A DNA stretch of 64,000 nt, taken from assembly GCF_009914755.1 (NCBI RefSeq), contig NC_060926.1, one strand, 5' to 3'. This stretch comes from the human T2T-CHM13v2.0 reference genome, Homo sapiens. Below the pieces are notes generated by a model. That model saw nothing but the letters and a program-made list of their open reading frames with translations, was not told where the DNA came from and did not search any database. Positions 1-13,507 of the stretch are shown here, piece after piece (the stretch's first letter is position 1; each line of letters starts with the position of its first letter). The position numbers and the translations under genes were made by a program.

Positions 1-298
<298 letters not shown>

Positions 299-305
299 TT
301 GGCTT

Positions 306-433
306 TAACTTTTTAGTAGAGACGGGGTCTCACTATGTTGTCCAGGCTTGTTTCAAAGTCCTGGCTTAAAAGTGATCCCCTCCCTTGGCTTCCCAAAGTG
401 CTGGGAGTACAAGAATGAGCCACCATGGCCGGC
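306..433 (-). mobile_element. AluJ/FLAM left monomer, probably an older AluJ interrupted at its linker by the AluY
   Basis: tagtagagacggggtctcactatgttg...cccaaagtgctgggagtac...ggccggc; J-type ggtctcactatgttg. Confidence 0.8.
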
Positions 434-1100
434 TGGTATATTCTCTGTATAGAATACTCACTGGGCTGTTTCCAATTTTAAATAAGTATAGTTTATTAAG
501 GAATCAGTTCTAAAGTGCAAGCATGTTGATCAACTCTGCTACAGGAGTTCTAAAGTACATGTTTTCCCTTTCTTAAATACCATTCTTCATCATGCAGGCT
601 CTTTCCTCTTTGAATATCATTGATAAAAGCTGTCACTTGACTTAAAAAGAAGCTCATTTTTGTCACTGCCGTCCTATGAGAAACTTCTGTCTGGTACCAC
701 TGCCCAGATCTCTAAAGCTAAATGTTTCATGTCTCTACTCAGCTTCCTCATTGTCTTACCCTTTATTCCTATAAACCACCCTATGACTTTCCACAATTTT
801 TATTTTCTGCTTAGAGTCTGCTTCTGACACTGCAGCCAAAGAACACTGCTTGCTACAGAAGAGTAAAAAAAAAAAAAAAAAAAAAAAGTGTTATAATTGG
901 TTGGTACTGTTACCCCATTTGAGTCAAGCATTGTTTATTACAACACTATTATATTTTCTTCAAATTGCTATACATTGTTTACTGAGATATTATACATTTT
1001 GCTTGATTTCACGTATTTTTCCTGGGCTGTGTTTATCCCCCCTTTTTTGGCCAAATGAATTACATGCACTTAAAAAGCTTCCTATGATCTGTATTTGTAC

Positions 1101-1147
1101 CAGTGGTTCGCAAACCGCATCAGACTCACCTAGGTTTGGGACTCACT
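1101..1147 (+). mobile_element. Internally deleted MER5-type hAT MITE remnant
   Basis: cagtggttcgcaaac..gcatcagactcaccta joined directly to tttgggactcact, resembling both MER5 termini. Confidence 0.45.
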
Positions 1148-1327
1148 CATTTAAATAACACATCACTCACCACCAGGCTTATTTATGACAGAAAGTGAAG
1201 TGCGGGTTGCCAGGTAATTTCTCTAGATCAAGGACAAAAGTCACTTAGCCTTTTCTCCAGTCTAGAAATCTGTTTGCTCTGCTAATTGAACTACCCTAAT
1301 AAAATCAATAATGTCTCTTATCTTCAG

Positions 1328-1434
1328 TGAGGTAGGAAAGAAAGCCATTCCGAAGTGGCAGAGAAGCTGCTTTTTCCTCCTGCATGCTGCCTGCTAGTGT
1401 GGATCTTGGCATAACAGACACTACTTGGCAAAAG
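1328..1434 (+). other. Candidate internal exon (107 nt), non-coding or 5' UTR/start exon
   Basis: Branch-like CCCTAAT at 1294-1300, no AG from 1266 to 1325, tgtctcttatcttcAG acceptor, consensus AAG|GTAAGT donor; non-repetitive sequence. Confidence 0.5.
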
Positions 1435-1747
1435 GTAAGTGTACCAAAGTAAAAACCATATTCTTGGTGAGTTCATTCATTCCTAATAAAGACTTAGGTC
1501 TCTTTTCCTGCAAATATTGTCACTGAGTGAGTGTGAAGAGGTGCCTTCTTATTTTTGGAAATCATGGGGAGTGGGATTAGTGAGCAAGAGGTGAGAATGG
1601 GTGACTATCACCACTCTTGTCGCTAAGGGCTAGACTGGTTCATCTCTGCCTCTTCTGTGCATGTAAATAAACACAGTTCCCTGGGAGCCTATGTTAGTTC
1701 AGGGCCAAAAAATTAATATGCCACAATTGTATATACTCTTTATTAAT

Positions 1748-1783
<36 letters not shown>
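1748..1783. repeat. (TA)n microsatellite
   Basis: Direct reading. Confidence 0.95.
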
Positions 1784-1939
1784 ACCTTTTTTTATTTCTT
1801 AACATGTTAAAGGAAAGAAGATGAGAACTTACGGAAAAATAATTAAGTTGAAATGTCCTTATTTTATCTAATTCAGCCTGCTCCTCTTCCTCTACTCCCA
1901 TATCAGTTATTATCATAACCACTTACACAATCACTCAGG

Positions 1940-2250
1940 TTTGGAACCAACCTATCCAACTGGTCTCTGGGCCTTCTGCCTGGAGGTCCTCCTTGCTCCT
2001 TTTCACATTGTATCCAATGTGGTCTTTACTAAGTTTGGATCTGATTTTATCTTTCTGCTGATTTAAATCATTCAGCTGCTTCCCAAAGATTCATGGTTAT
2101 GGTCAGATTCCTGAGCAAGGTATACAATCGCCTTCAAGATTTGGCATTGCCTGCTTCTCTGGGTTTATCTTCCATCCTTGTGCCATAAGCACCTTCCTCT
2201 CCACTCATATCAAAATGTTTGCCTCTTCCAGAACTTGTTGGAGCCTTTAG
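1940..2250 (+). mobile_element. L2 LINE fragment
   Basis: Degenerate L2 3' region (aactggtctct...atctgat...cagctgcttccca...); boundaries approximate. Confidence 0.55.
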
Positions 2251-2430
2251 TGTTCTAATATTATCATACATTTCTGAAAGAAGGGTAAGGGTGTAACATT
2301 CCTCAAATATATTTAACTTTGGAACATTTTACAGTAGATGTTATGTAGAACTAATGTTCTGAGAAACACACTTAGGTAAATGGCACTTAACATAGTATGG
2401 TATACATTGTAATGTGTATCATGCCATTAA

Positions 2431-2736
<306 letters not shown>

Positions 2737-2738
2737 TA

Positions 2739-3118
<380 letters not shown>

Positions 3119-3127
3119 GAATGCCCC

Positions 3128-3459
<332 letters not shown>

Positions 3460-3536
3460 AGAATGCCCCATCTCACATTGTAAGGTCTATCGCATACAAG
3501 ACAGCTATCTGTTTTGTCTTGTCATTTAAACTTTTT

Positions 3537-3858
<322 letters not shown>

Positions 3859-4164
3859 TAAACTTTTTAAATATACTCATTCACATAAAGTAGCTCACAC
3901 AGAAAAGTACTGATGTTCTTTCAAAACCATCAGGAACATCAGCTTTTATTTGAATGAACAGAAAATAGAAACTGATTGCTATTCTTTGAAAAGAGGACTC
4001 TGTTGTATACATACCATAGCCTTCTGTTAGCTATTCAGTAAAAGTCTTTGATGTTTCTGCAATAAAGCAAAGTGATTTCAAAAAGAAAAAAAAATTGCCT
4101 CTGTCCTCATGGCCTCCATAGGTGTCATTCTTTCTACTTAAAATCTTACTTTTTTTTCTCTACC

Positions 4165-4440
4165 CAGTTAATTTTCATCCTTCAAGATGTTTAAAAGGAA
4201 TGTTCCCAACCTTTTAATGATAAAGATATATTTTTTTATCTGTACTTCCAAAGCATCCTCAGCAAATATCCTAGCACCTGTCATACAGGATTACATTTGC
4301 TGGGGCATGACTCTGTGTCTCTCACCAAATATGAACACTCTGTGAAGGTGAAGGAGCGTGTCATTTTGACTGTATATCCTCCAGAACCTAGAAGTGGGCA
4401 TGGGATGTAGAAAATGCTTTTTAAATTAAATAAAGAATTG
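4165..4440 (+). mobile_element. L2 3' end fragment
   Basis: tgactgtatatcctccagaacctagaagtgggcatgggatgtag resembles the L2 terminus; approximate. Confidence 0.5.
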
Positions 4441-4884
4441 TATGAGTCAATAAAACAAGTAGGTAAATGATGCAAGGAAATATCTGAGGTTTGCTGGGAA
4501 GGCAGACTTACAAAGCACACCTTCTTAAGAACAATTGCTCATGGCTAAATAGCTCCTTTTACAATCTCACCACCAATCTTTCCATTCTGTGGAAACCACA
4601 CTTTTCAGGTCCAGCCTGCTCTCCCAAGTACTCTAGGTGAGGCTTATCTCCCTCCGTAATAAACACCCATTGGATATCACGAATTCTTGCCTAACCAAGC
4701 TATCTCATTTCCATAAACCAATTAGCTCAACATTTCCATCTCTTCTGATATTTTTCCCAAGTAATTAGAAAATTCCATTAGTGTTCTTATAGCTAAACAT
4801 AGAATTCATCAATATTACTCCTTAATATATAGGCAGCTCCATTGCTTCATTAGACTATAATATATAGAAGAAAGACTAAGGGCT

Positions 4885-4975
4885 GCCGAGTCAGAGACTT
4901 GAATGTGAACCCTGGCTTTTCCACTTTCTATCTGTGCCATGTAGGGTGTGTTACTTGTGTTAACGTTTCTCTTTA
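4885..4975 (+). mobile_element. MIR fragment
   Basis: gagtcagagacttgaatgtgaaccctggcttttccactt, MIR 5' core. Confidence 0.6.
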
Positions 4976-5203
4976 GGCCACAGGCGCTCTTCCAGAAAGT
5001 TGTGCATTACAATATCATCTATGTGTTGTTTTTATAGTATGAGACAGTGAGATCTATAAAGCCTCTAATCTCCCCTAACAAAGAGTAAATTCTCCTAGAT
5101 AGTAGATCAATAGTAATTATGTGTATCAATATGAAGAATCTTTCAATTGATATTGGATATACCAAATTTCATTTGGTTTCATACTCCTAGATCATAGAGT
5201 TTT

Positions 5204-5910
5204 TGTAACTGCCTGAAGGGGTCACCTTGCCTGCTGCCTAGACAGAACTGATTTATCCAAGGCAGGGGAATTGCAACGGAGAAAGAGTAATTCACGCAGA
5301 GCCAACTGTGTGGGACACCGGAGTTTTATTGTTACTCAAATCAGTCTCCCTGAGCATTTGGGATCAGAGTTTTAAAAGATAATTTGGTGGGTAGGGGCTT
5401 GGGAAGTGGGGAATGCTGGCTGGTCAGGTTGGAGATGGAATCATAGGGGGTTGAAATTAGGTTTTCTTAATGTCTTCTGTTCTTGGGTCAGATTACTGGT
5501 CTGGGTGGTGTGAGCTGATCCATGGAGTGCAGGGTCTGCAAAATATTTCAAGCACTCATCTTAGGTTTTACAATAGTGATGTTATCTCCAAGAGCAATTT
5601 AAGGAGGTTCAGACTCTTGGAGCCAGAGGTTGCATGACCCCTAAATTGTAATTTCTGATCTTGTAGCTAATTTGTTAGTCCTGAAAAGGCAGACTTGACC
5701 CCAGATAAGAAGGGAGTCTTTTTGGCAAAGGGCTTTTATCAATTTTGTTTCAGAGTCAAACAATGAACGGAATTCCTTCCCAAAGTTAGTTCGACCTATG
5801 CCCAGGAATGAGCAAGGACAGCTTAAAAGTTAGAAGCAAGACAGAGTCAGTTAGGTCTGATTTCTTTCGGTCATAATTTCCTCAGTTATAATTTTGCACA
5901 GGTGGTTTCA
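5204..5910 (-). mobile_element. Solo LTR8-family (ERV1) LTR
   Basis: Minus strand runs TGAAACCACCTGTGCAAAATTATAAC...TCTGTCTAGGCAGCAGGCAAGGTGACCCCTTCAGGCAGTTACA; TG...CA ends; 4-bp TTTT on both flanks. Confidence 0.88.
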
Positions 5911-6334
5911 TTTTCAATAAATAGAGTATATGAGACCTGAGTCTCTGAGTTGTAGTGGTAGAGAGGTATCTTATTACAGTTATAATAGCATTACGTAAAC
6001 TTGTCTTAATATTGAGGTCACTTAATTTTTTGACTGGAAAGGGTCTTATTGCTCTTCAAATACAGATGTGGACATAAATGTGAAAGATGGCAAAAGATTC
6101 AGGCCTGAGCCTCTGGCTAGATTGTGTTTCCCTTTGCTCAATTCCTTCATCCTTTCTTGCCATTATTTCCATGGTTCTGTAATCCCCTGTCTCAGTACTC
6201 CACATTCTGAATTATTTTTGTTCATATCTGGCCCACATTATTATTCATTAGAGTCACTTCTTTGGTCCACTAAATTCAATATCTCATGGTTTTCTTGAAG
6301 AGTTAGTTGTGTAAATCTTTTCTCTCTTTCTCAT

Positions 6335-6815
6335 TATTCCCCATTTGCCTCCCTAGATCCATCCTTCCTTTTCCTATACTTTGCTCAGCGGCCTGGAAGA
6401 TTGACCTCAAAAGCAAAATCACCTGGATTTCCTTGCCATTTGGCTTTCAAATGTGCTCAGCCAATGACAGGCTGGAAAGAAATTGACAGCTGGGAAAAGA
6501 GGAAGATTTGTGTACAAGATCCCTTCCACTCCCATCTCATTACCTGCCATGGTCCTAGCAGTGGCTGTTCTTATTATGGCCACAACTACTCTTGGACAGG
6601 CCAACATCCACAACTCCATCCTTCAACTAGGCTTCATTAACACTGTCCCTCACCCTTATCTCTTTCTGGGTAGGGGTGATAAAGGTTTCCTGACATCAGA
6701 GTTCCTGAGTGCCTCATATATTCTTGTTGGTCCCTGAACCTTGCCCCAACATCAATAAAAAGTTCCTTCATTAAATAATTTTCAGTTGAATCTTTCGTGC
6801 TGGGATCTGTCCAAT
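6335..6815 (+). mobile_element. LTR33-like (ERVL) solo LTR
   Basis: ctccctagatcc...ccttgccatttggcttt...agccaatg...aataaaagttccttcattaaa; approximate. Confidence 0.7.
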
Positions 6816-7071
6816 TCGACTTTAGCATACTTTTCGTGCCAAGAAAGTGATAGTTTCTTGCCAGGATTTGGCTCAAAGGGCTCACAGTGGGTGAGGGGAT
6901 GAGATTACTTATTAAGTGATAAAATGGAGATCACAGTGGTTAACCTGCCTAAGATCACATGGTTGGTCAACTCATGGTCGATTCATTAAAATATTAAAAC
7001 ATAGAATCAGTCAGGCAGTGGATGTAATAGATAAATAAAACACACATGTACCCTTAATAATTTATATTCTA

Positions 7072-7362
7072 GGCAGGCGTGGTGGCTCACGCCTGTAATC
7101 CCAGCACTTTGTGAGGCCAAGGTGGGTGGATCACCTGAGGTCGGGAGTTCAAGACCAGCCTCACAAACATGGAGAAACCCCATCTCTACTAAAAATACAA
7201 AATTAGCTGGGCTTGGTGGTGCATGCCTGTAATCCCAGCTACTCAGGAGGCTGAGGCAGGTGAATTGCTTGAACCCAGTAGGTGGAGGTTGCAGTGAGCC
7301 GAGATTGCACCATCGCACCCAGCCTGGGCAACAAGACTGAAACTCCATCTCAAAAAAAAAAA
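7072..7362 (+). mobile_element. AluSp
   Basis: Sp diagnostics gtcgggagttc, catggagaaaccc, acaaaattag, gcatgcctgt. Confidence 0.9.
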
Positions 7363-7370
7363 GTCTATAT

Positions 7371-7374
<4 letters not shown>

Positions 7375-7419
<45 letters not shown>
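7375..7419. repeat. (AC)n microsatellite, about 22 units
   Basis: Direct reading. Confidence 0.97.
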
Positions 7420-7424
<5 letters not shown>

Positions 7425-7589
7425 TCTAGTATAAGGAGAAAGGTGTATAACCGATATTTAAAATGTAGCAATAGTAAATACTCAATGCTAAAGGAACCCT
7501 GAATTTAATCTAGGCATTGTGGATGAAACCAAGAGAGAGATGGGGAAAACCATGATTATCTGAGTAGAATGAAAAGCATATGTTCAATC

Positions 7590-8325
7590 TGTCCTCCCTC
7601 ATCATTTTTCTTACTACCACTCTAATGTGTAAAGTCTAATCCAATCACTAACTGTTTTCTTCCAGGCTGCTTGCAATAACCTCCTGTAAAGTAGTATATC
7701 ATCTGTGCTTTTCATCATCTAATCCATTCTCTACACTGGGGTCAGAATGATCATTAAAATGCAAATCTGAGACAATTCTCTGCTTACAACTATTTTTTCA
7801 CTCTCGATTTTCCCTAGGGTAAAAAAAAAAACATGGCTAACAAGTTCTTACATAGACTGCCCGTTTCATGAACTTTGTCTCTAGCTAATGAACTTCTCTT
7901 TTTTTATGTTAACTTATATAATCTACTTTTAGTTCCTTGAAAAGTTATTCTTCTTTGACTCCAAGACCTTTGCACGTTCTATTCCCTGTCTTTAATATTC
8001 CTCTGAACCGCCTGTCATTTATGTTGATGATTTATATCCATACTTCAAGCATTAGCTCAACAATTACTTCCTTGAGAAAGCTGCCCATGAAAATTCCTAG
8101 ACCAAACGAGGTCCCTGTTATATGCTGTCACGACACCCGACAGTTACTCTTTACAGTATTTATCTCAATTCTAATTAAGTTAAATGTGTTTGTTGTTCTT
8201 ATGTTTTTCACTTTTTGAGAACTGGCATGATTTCCGTCTCTTCACTACTTTAGCCTCAGTGTTAGATCCAGTGCTGTACAGGCAGTAAGAGCTCAGTAAA
8301 TAATTTTTGAAAGAATATGTGAATA
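7590..8325 (+). mobile_element. L2a 3' region
   Basis: aatccattctctacact...aaaatgcaaatctga...gagctcagtaaataatttttgaaagaat terminus. Confidence 0.7.
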
Positions 8326-8369
8326 TAAGAAAACTCAGACTCTGAGAAATCATTTTGCATTAGGGGAAA

Positions 8370-8640
8370 GTGCAAGTCATTCGGAGTGATGAAACTGACG
8401 GGAGAAGACTGCAAAGGGCAAGTCTTGAAAGGGCCTTAAATGCACCATAGGAAATTTAGACTTTTGTCCGTTGTGATAAACAGTCATTATCATTATCATT
8501 GTTATTACTTTTAACAAACTTGGACTTGTTCAGATTTGTTGACTGGATGAAGAATAAGTTGATGCAGAAAGAAACTGTAATCAGACAGACCAATGAAAAG
8601 AAACTGAAATGATCTGGAAGTCAACATTAAGAGCATACAC
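8370..8640 (-). mobile_element. L2 fragment
   Basis: gaaagggccttaaatgcaccataggaaatttagactttt, antisense L2 motif. Confidence 0.55.
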
Positions 8641-8645
8641 TAAAG

Positions 8646-8802
8646 TAGTGCTTCTCCAATTTGGTGCCTATCATAATCATTGGTTGAGGTCATAAAGCCC
8701 ACAGAGGCCCAGCCTTCTCGAAGTAGGATAGATCCTGAGCCTTTTTATTTTTATCAAGTTCCTCGAGAAGTTCTGAAACCCATACAAGTTTGAGGACCCC
8801 TG
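8646..8802. mobile_element. MER5-type hAT MITE
   Basis: tagtgcttctccaa...aagtttgaggacccctg degenerate TIRs. Confidence 0.55.
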
Positions 8803-9029
8803 AAGTAAAGTAAGGCAGTGAGATATACTCTTGATCTGGCTCAATAATAAAAATTAGAAGAGCACAACAGAGGGGTACATTTTAACTATCAGGTATATTA
8901 GCTAATGTGGGGAGGTATAACTAGCCCTACAGCTTTATGACTGGCATGAAACTCACTTGTATTCTCCCCAGATTTTGGTGTCTGGACTCTGCAAAATCTA
9001 TCTCAGTTTGCCACTGAAAGTTAAAGTCA

Positions 9030-9411
<382 letters not shown>

Positions 9412-9442
9412 TTAAAAATCACAAGTGAAAAATTTATGACAT

Positions 9443-9580
9443 TTTAGAATATATATCGATATTTAGAATATCTATATATGTTTAGAATATCTATGTATAT
9501 ATATTTAGAATAAATATGTGTATATATTTATATGTGTGTTGTGTGTGTTTGTGTGTATATATATACATACATATATTTCT
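9443..9580. repeat. Degenerate TTTAGAATAT-core tandem repeat (4 copies) followed by (TG)n/(TA)n
   Basis: tttagaata recurs four times at about 18-22 bp spacing. Confidence 0.8.
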
Positions 9581-10129
9581 ACATGCATTATTGCCGTATT
9601 GTCAACTTGATGTATCCATAAAAGAACACATGTGAAATTCACTGTGGTGTTTTTGAGTTTGCTAGGGTAATATATGCCCATTTGTTGCCAAATCTATTGT
9701 GATTCATGGAAGTTTAGCATTGCATCCAAACTCTGGATAATGTTAAATCTTGTGAAAGTCTCAACTGTGAAAGTGTTTACTTATTAACTGAATTTTAAAA
9801 GGTACCACCCACATGCTAGCATGGTGCTAATATTTGCTGATATTTGGTACTACTGAATTTTTTTATGTGCATTGCAGATTTAATATTAGTTTGATATCTG
9901 TTCAATGTCTGGTGAATGGTAACATTCCTTGCCATTTGGACTTTAATAGAAAATATAACAACTGGGCAATTTTCAGGAGCAGGAATCAGAAAAGATCCAA
10001 ATAATGCAGTGGTTCATTTTGTTATTATTCCTTAGTCTAATACTACCACATAATATAATATATTCTAAATTTTTGAAATGTAAAGAAAATATTTCTTCAT
10101 TTGTTGCCAATGAGAGACAACCTGTGATA

Positions 10130-10290
10130 GCAGAAATGACTTCAGTTCTGATTCAAATACTGCTAACCAAATCTGGGACCTTGGGCTAAGCCCTTAACCT
10201 TATTTGAGTGTCAGTTTCTTCACCTTTAAAATGATGGGGATGACTAGCCTCTAAATATTACCATTTGTTCTACAATTCTGTGATTCTAGG
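10130..10290 (+). mobile_element. MIR (MIR3/MIRc-like)
   Basis: gaccttgggctaagcccttaacct...tcagtttcttcacctttaaaatg...attctgtgattct. Confidence 0.7.
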
Positions 10291-11000
10291 TTCTACTGAC
10301 TGAACATCTCTATAGATTTTAATAAAAATATGATCTAATTTGGGAACATCTGTTATAATCTGTAACATATTCTGCCAAGTCCTTGACCTTAATTTTACTA
10401 TAGACATCAGATGTTCCTTCATAGACTCTGCCCTGCATTTTACCAAAGGAATATCAGTTATGCTTGTGTCTAGAGTAGTGTCAAGCTGACTGAAAGATAT
10501 GCCCTATTTGTTAATATTATCATTGAATGATTTCTTAGGGTTTTAAATACCACCAATGATATAGTTCAGTGCTATTTTAGCATTAGAAATTACATAAGCA
10601 TCCTTTTTGCATTTTTATTTTTATACTTATTGCAAAATACAAGTGTTCTTGTTAAAGGCATTATACTTTCTCTAAATGTGGATTGAAAAATAATTCTGTA
10701 ACATACATATTAACATATTAATTGATTAAATATGCAGCTGTTTCATTTTCCCTAATAAATAAATAAATAAATATTTCCTTACTAATAACAGTAACTATTT
10801 CCATCATTTATCTAAAATTTGCTTCGTTGGATTAAACATTTAATTTTTATAATTTATTACCTACAATAAAAGAGTTTGGGCTATAAAAAAATAAAGTTTC
10901 CCGAATTTTAACTTACTAGAATAGAGATATGTATATATCTCCTTGGTTTATAGTAAATCTGTGAAGAAATAAATATATACATATTTCTATTTTATATGAT

Positions 11001-11073
11001 ATATAGAATTATATATCATATATATAGAATTATATATCATATATATAGAATTACATATCATATATATAGAATT
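11001..11073. repeat. 21-bp AT-rich minisatellite, 3.5 copies
   Basis: Unit atatagaattatatatcatat at 11001, 11022, 11043 (one mismatch) and partial at 11064. Confidence 0.95.
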
Positions 11074-11229
11074 TTTGCAATCTATGATTTTACTATTTGT
11101 GAAGAATATAGCTTATTAAAAGAAAAAGTGTATCCCTCTATGGTTAATTACTAAGCAAAGGCAAATCTTTGACTCCAAAAGGAAGAATGGATAATAAACA
11201 AACACATAATTCATTAGACTCAGCACACT

Positions 11230-11390
11230 TCAGTGCTTTGCCTCTCTGAGTCTAAGTTTCCCAATATGCAGATGCTGGTGGGGAAAGGGCAGGGTAGTGA
11301 TCACCTTGAGAGATATAGTGGATTATTTGAGATAACAGTAGAACAGCTCTTGCCCCATAGTTATTGGTTAGTGGACAATAACCACTATTT
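11230..11390 (+). mobile_element. MIR fragment
   Basis: cctctctgagtctaagtttccc...tgagataa. Confidence 0.55.
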
Positions 11391-12184
11391 AATGATTAAT
11401 TTAATATGCAGAATAAAGCTACAAATAAGAAGATTCCCTGGGCTCATGCTGTTTTATGACTGCACGTGAGGAACATACTTATTTTATGTTGCCTCAGGCT
11501 CTTTCCTTTAGTTAGTCAGACAAATGTCAATAAGCACATTGGGCTTCTTACCGCTGTCTTCCTTAGTTTAGTTCTGTTCCTGATCCTGTATTGTTGGTCA
11601 GAATTGGCCAGATATTTACAGAATTTGAGGACCAAGTGTTGATTTTTTTCTCCCAATATAATTTAGTCTTTTAAAATTAGCTTTCATTTAGCCTTTTAAA
11701 TAGCCTTGTCCCTTTTTTTCCCTGGAATCCATTGATTACTCCATAAAGAAAAATTCGGTATCATCAAACATGTGTCCTTATGAGAAATAAACAATTTTAG
11801 TATTTTGCAAAAGAAATTCTAGAAAGCATAGAGAGGGTATGCATTAACTTCCTCTGATCATTTTACCCCACTATACCACTATCTTCTCCAGTCCTTTTAT
11901 CCCAGGTTACTTCCAGCCCCGGCCTGTTTGTGCTGGGTGCCTTGCTTGGCTATTTGGGGTCTTATGCTCCCACAGAGCTGCCTGCGGTGTTTGTGCTTGG
12001 GAAGTCCAGGTACCTCATGGAAAGGAGTGGAGAAAAGAGACAGAAGAGGAAAAAAAATCAATTTTCATTGTGCTTTGCAAAAGTACGAAATGTCCTTGTA
12101 AAGATGGCCTCTTACATATACTCACTATACCCCATTGTGGGCTGGCTAGTACAGGACTTACAGTCTCCTTGGTAAAGACATTGG

Positions 12185-12295
12185 GGCTCATAAGGGTTAA
12201 ATAACTTGCTCAAGGTCATGCAATTTGGAAACATTCCAATCCAGTTAAAAGCCTATATCTTCCAAATGCAGCTCCAGGATTCTTTCCATTAGTTC
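12185..12295 (-). mobile_element. MIR fragment
   Basis: ggttaaataacttgctcaaggtcatgca. Confidence 0.65.
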
Positions 12296-13460
12296 ATTCC
12301 AACATCTCTATTCTGGGACTATTATCGGTAGTGCCTGAACTTGTTTTTGGGAATTCCCGTCATTCATGCAAGGGTTTCATGAAGTACTTTGATTATGAAA
12401 AAAGGAGAAATCTTAAAGCTTTGCTTTGATGACAACTAAGAATGTTAACAGCTAATATATTAAAATAAGATGTAAAACTTTAGCAAAGATACGTATCCCC
12501 TCACTGTATCTTCTCACAAGCAGAGTGATTAACACTGTCAGAAGCTTCCCCCATAGCAGACATGAGAAGAATAGTAGGAGTAGGTAGTTATGTTTCTGTC
12601 AGAATAGGCAAAATTTTCTTCTGTGAATTCAGGAGAAAAGGATGAGATTGCTATGAGATCAATATTGGCTTATTTCATTCAGTACAAACAGCATAGAATC
12701 TACCAGTGGTAGGGACCAGGGTAGCAGGATGCCTTGAACATGTGCTCAGAACAATTAAATAGTTTTTATGTTGTCAGGTGAATGAGATCAAAGCATTCAG
12801 AAAATGCCCATGGATTTCAAGAAAATAAATACTCCATAGTTCATAATAGTTCAAATTAGTTGTTTTAGCAATAAATAAGCCAGCACATATTTTCTGAATT
12901 TTTTTCTTTTGTAAAGATGGAGCCCCACATCACATTATAATCATTCAGAAATTTCAAAAAATGAAATAAAACAGCAAATCCTATTTCAAACCAATTAAAC
13001 CCCTCTCTGAGGGAGGTGCCTGGTTATATATTTTTTCATGCTCCCTAGGTGATTTGAGCCTGTGGCCACAGTTGAGAAACAGTGGTTTGTAACATCAGTG
13101 GTCTTGGGTAACCTACCAAGAAAGCTTTTTTGGTCATGAAGTTTTATGTGCATCTACTTCAGGGTCAGTGATAATATGCCCTTTCTTCTTTTTCACGGTG
13201 GCTCTATTCATAATCCCTCAGTTTTCTGAAGGGGATCTAATGTGGACACACCAGCCTGCAGTGTCCCTTGCAATGATAAGTGAAATGTAAGAAGAGTAAC
13301 ATGAGAGCTGATTCAGGGTCCAAGTCCTGTACAGGCTTCTTATTGCTTGGTGACAAGTTACTACGACTGTTTCTTGCTTTTTCCTTGTCTTGTTCCATCA
13401 TTTTCTTTATCCTTTTTCTCATTTCCCATCTTATTTATTTATTTGGGTTTCTCAGTTTCT

Positions 13461-13466
13461 TGTGTG

Positions 13467-13502
<36 letters not shown>
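13461..13502. repeat. (TG)n microsatellite, about 21 units with one CG
   Basis: Direct reading. Confidence 0.97.

Positions 13503-13507
<5 letters not shown>

Noticed and set aside
865-887. Poly-A run as the tail of a processed pseudogene
   Set aside because: There is no recognisable upstream transcript, nearby polyadenylation signal or TSD.
1328-1335. TGAGGTAG, the 5' end of let-7
   Set aside because: The following bases do not match let-7 and there is no precursor hairpin.
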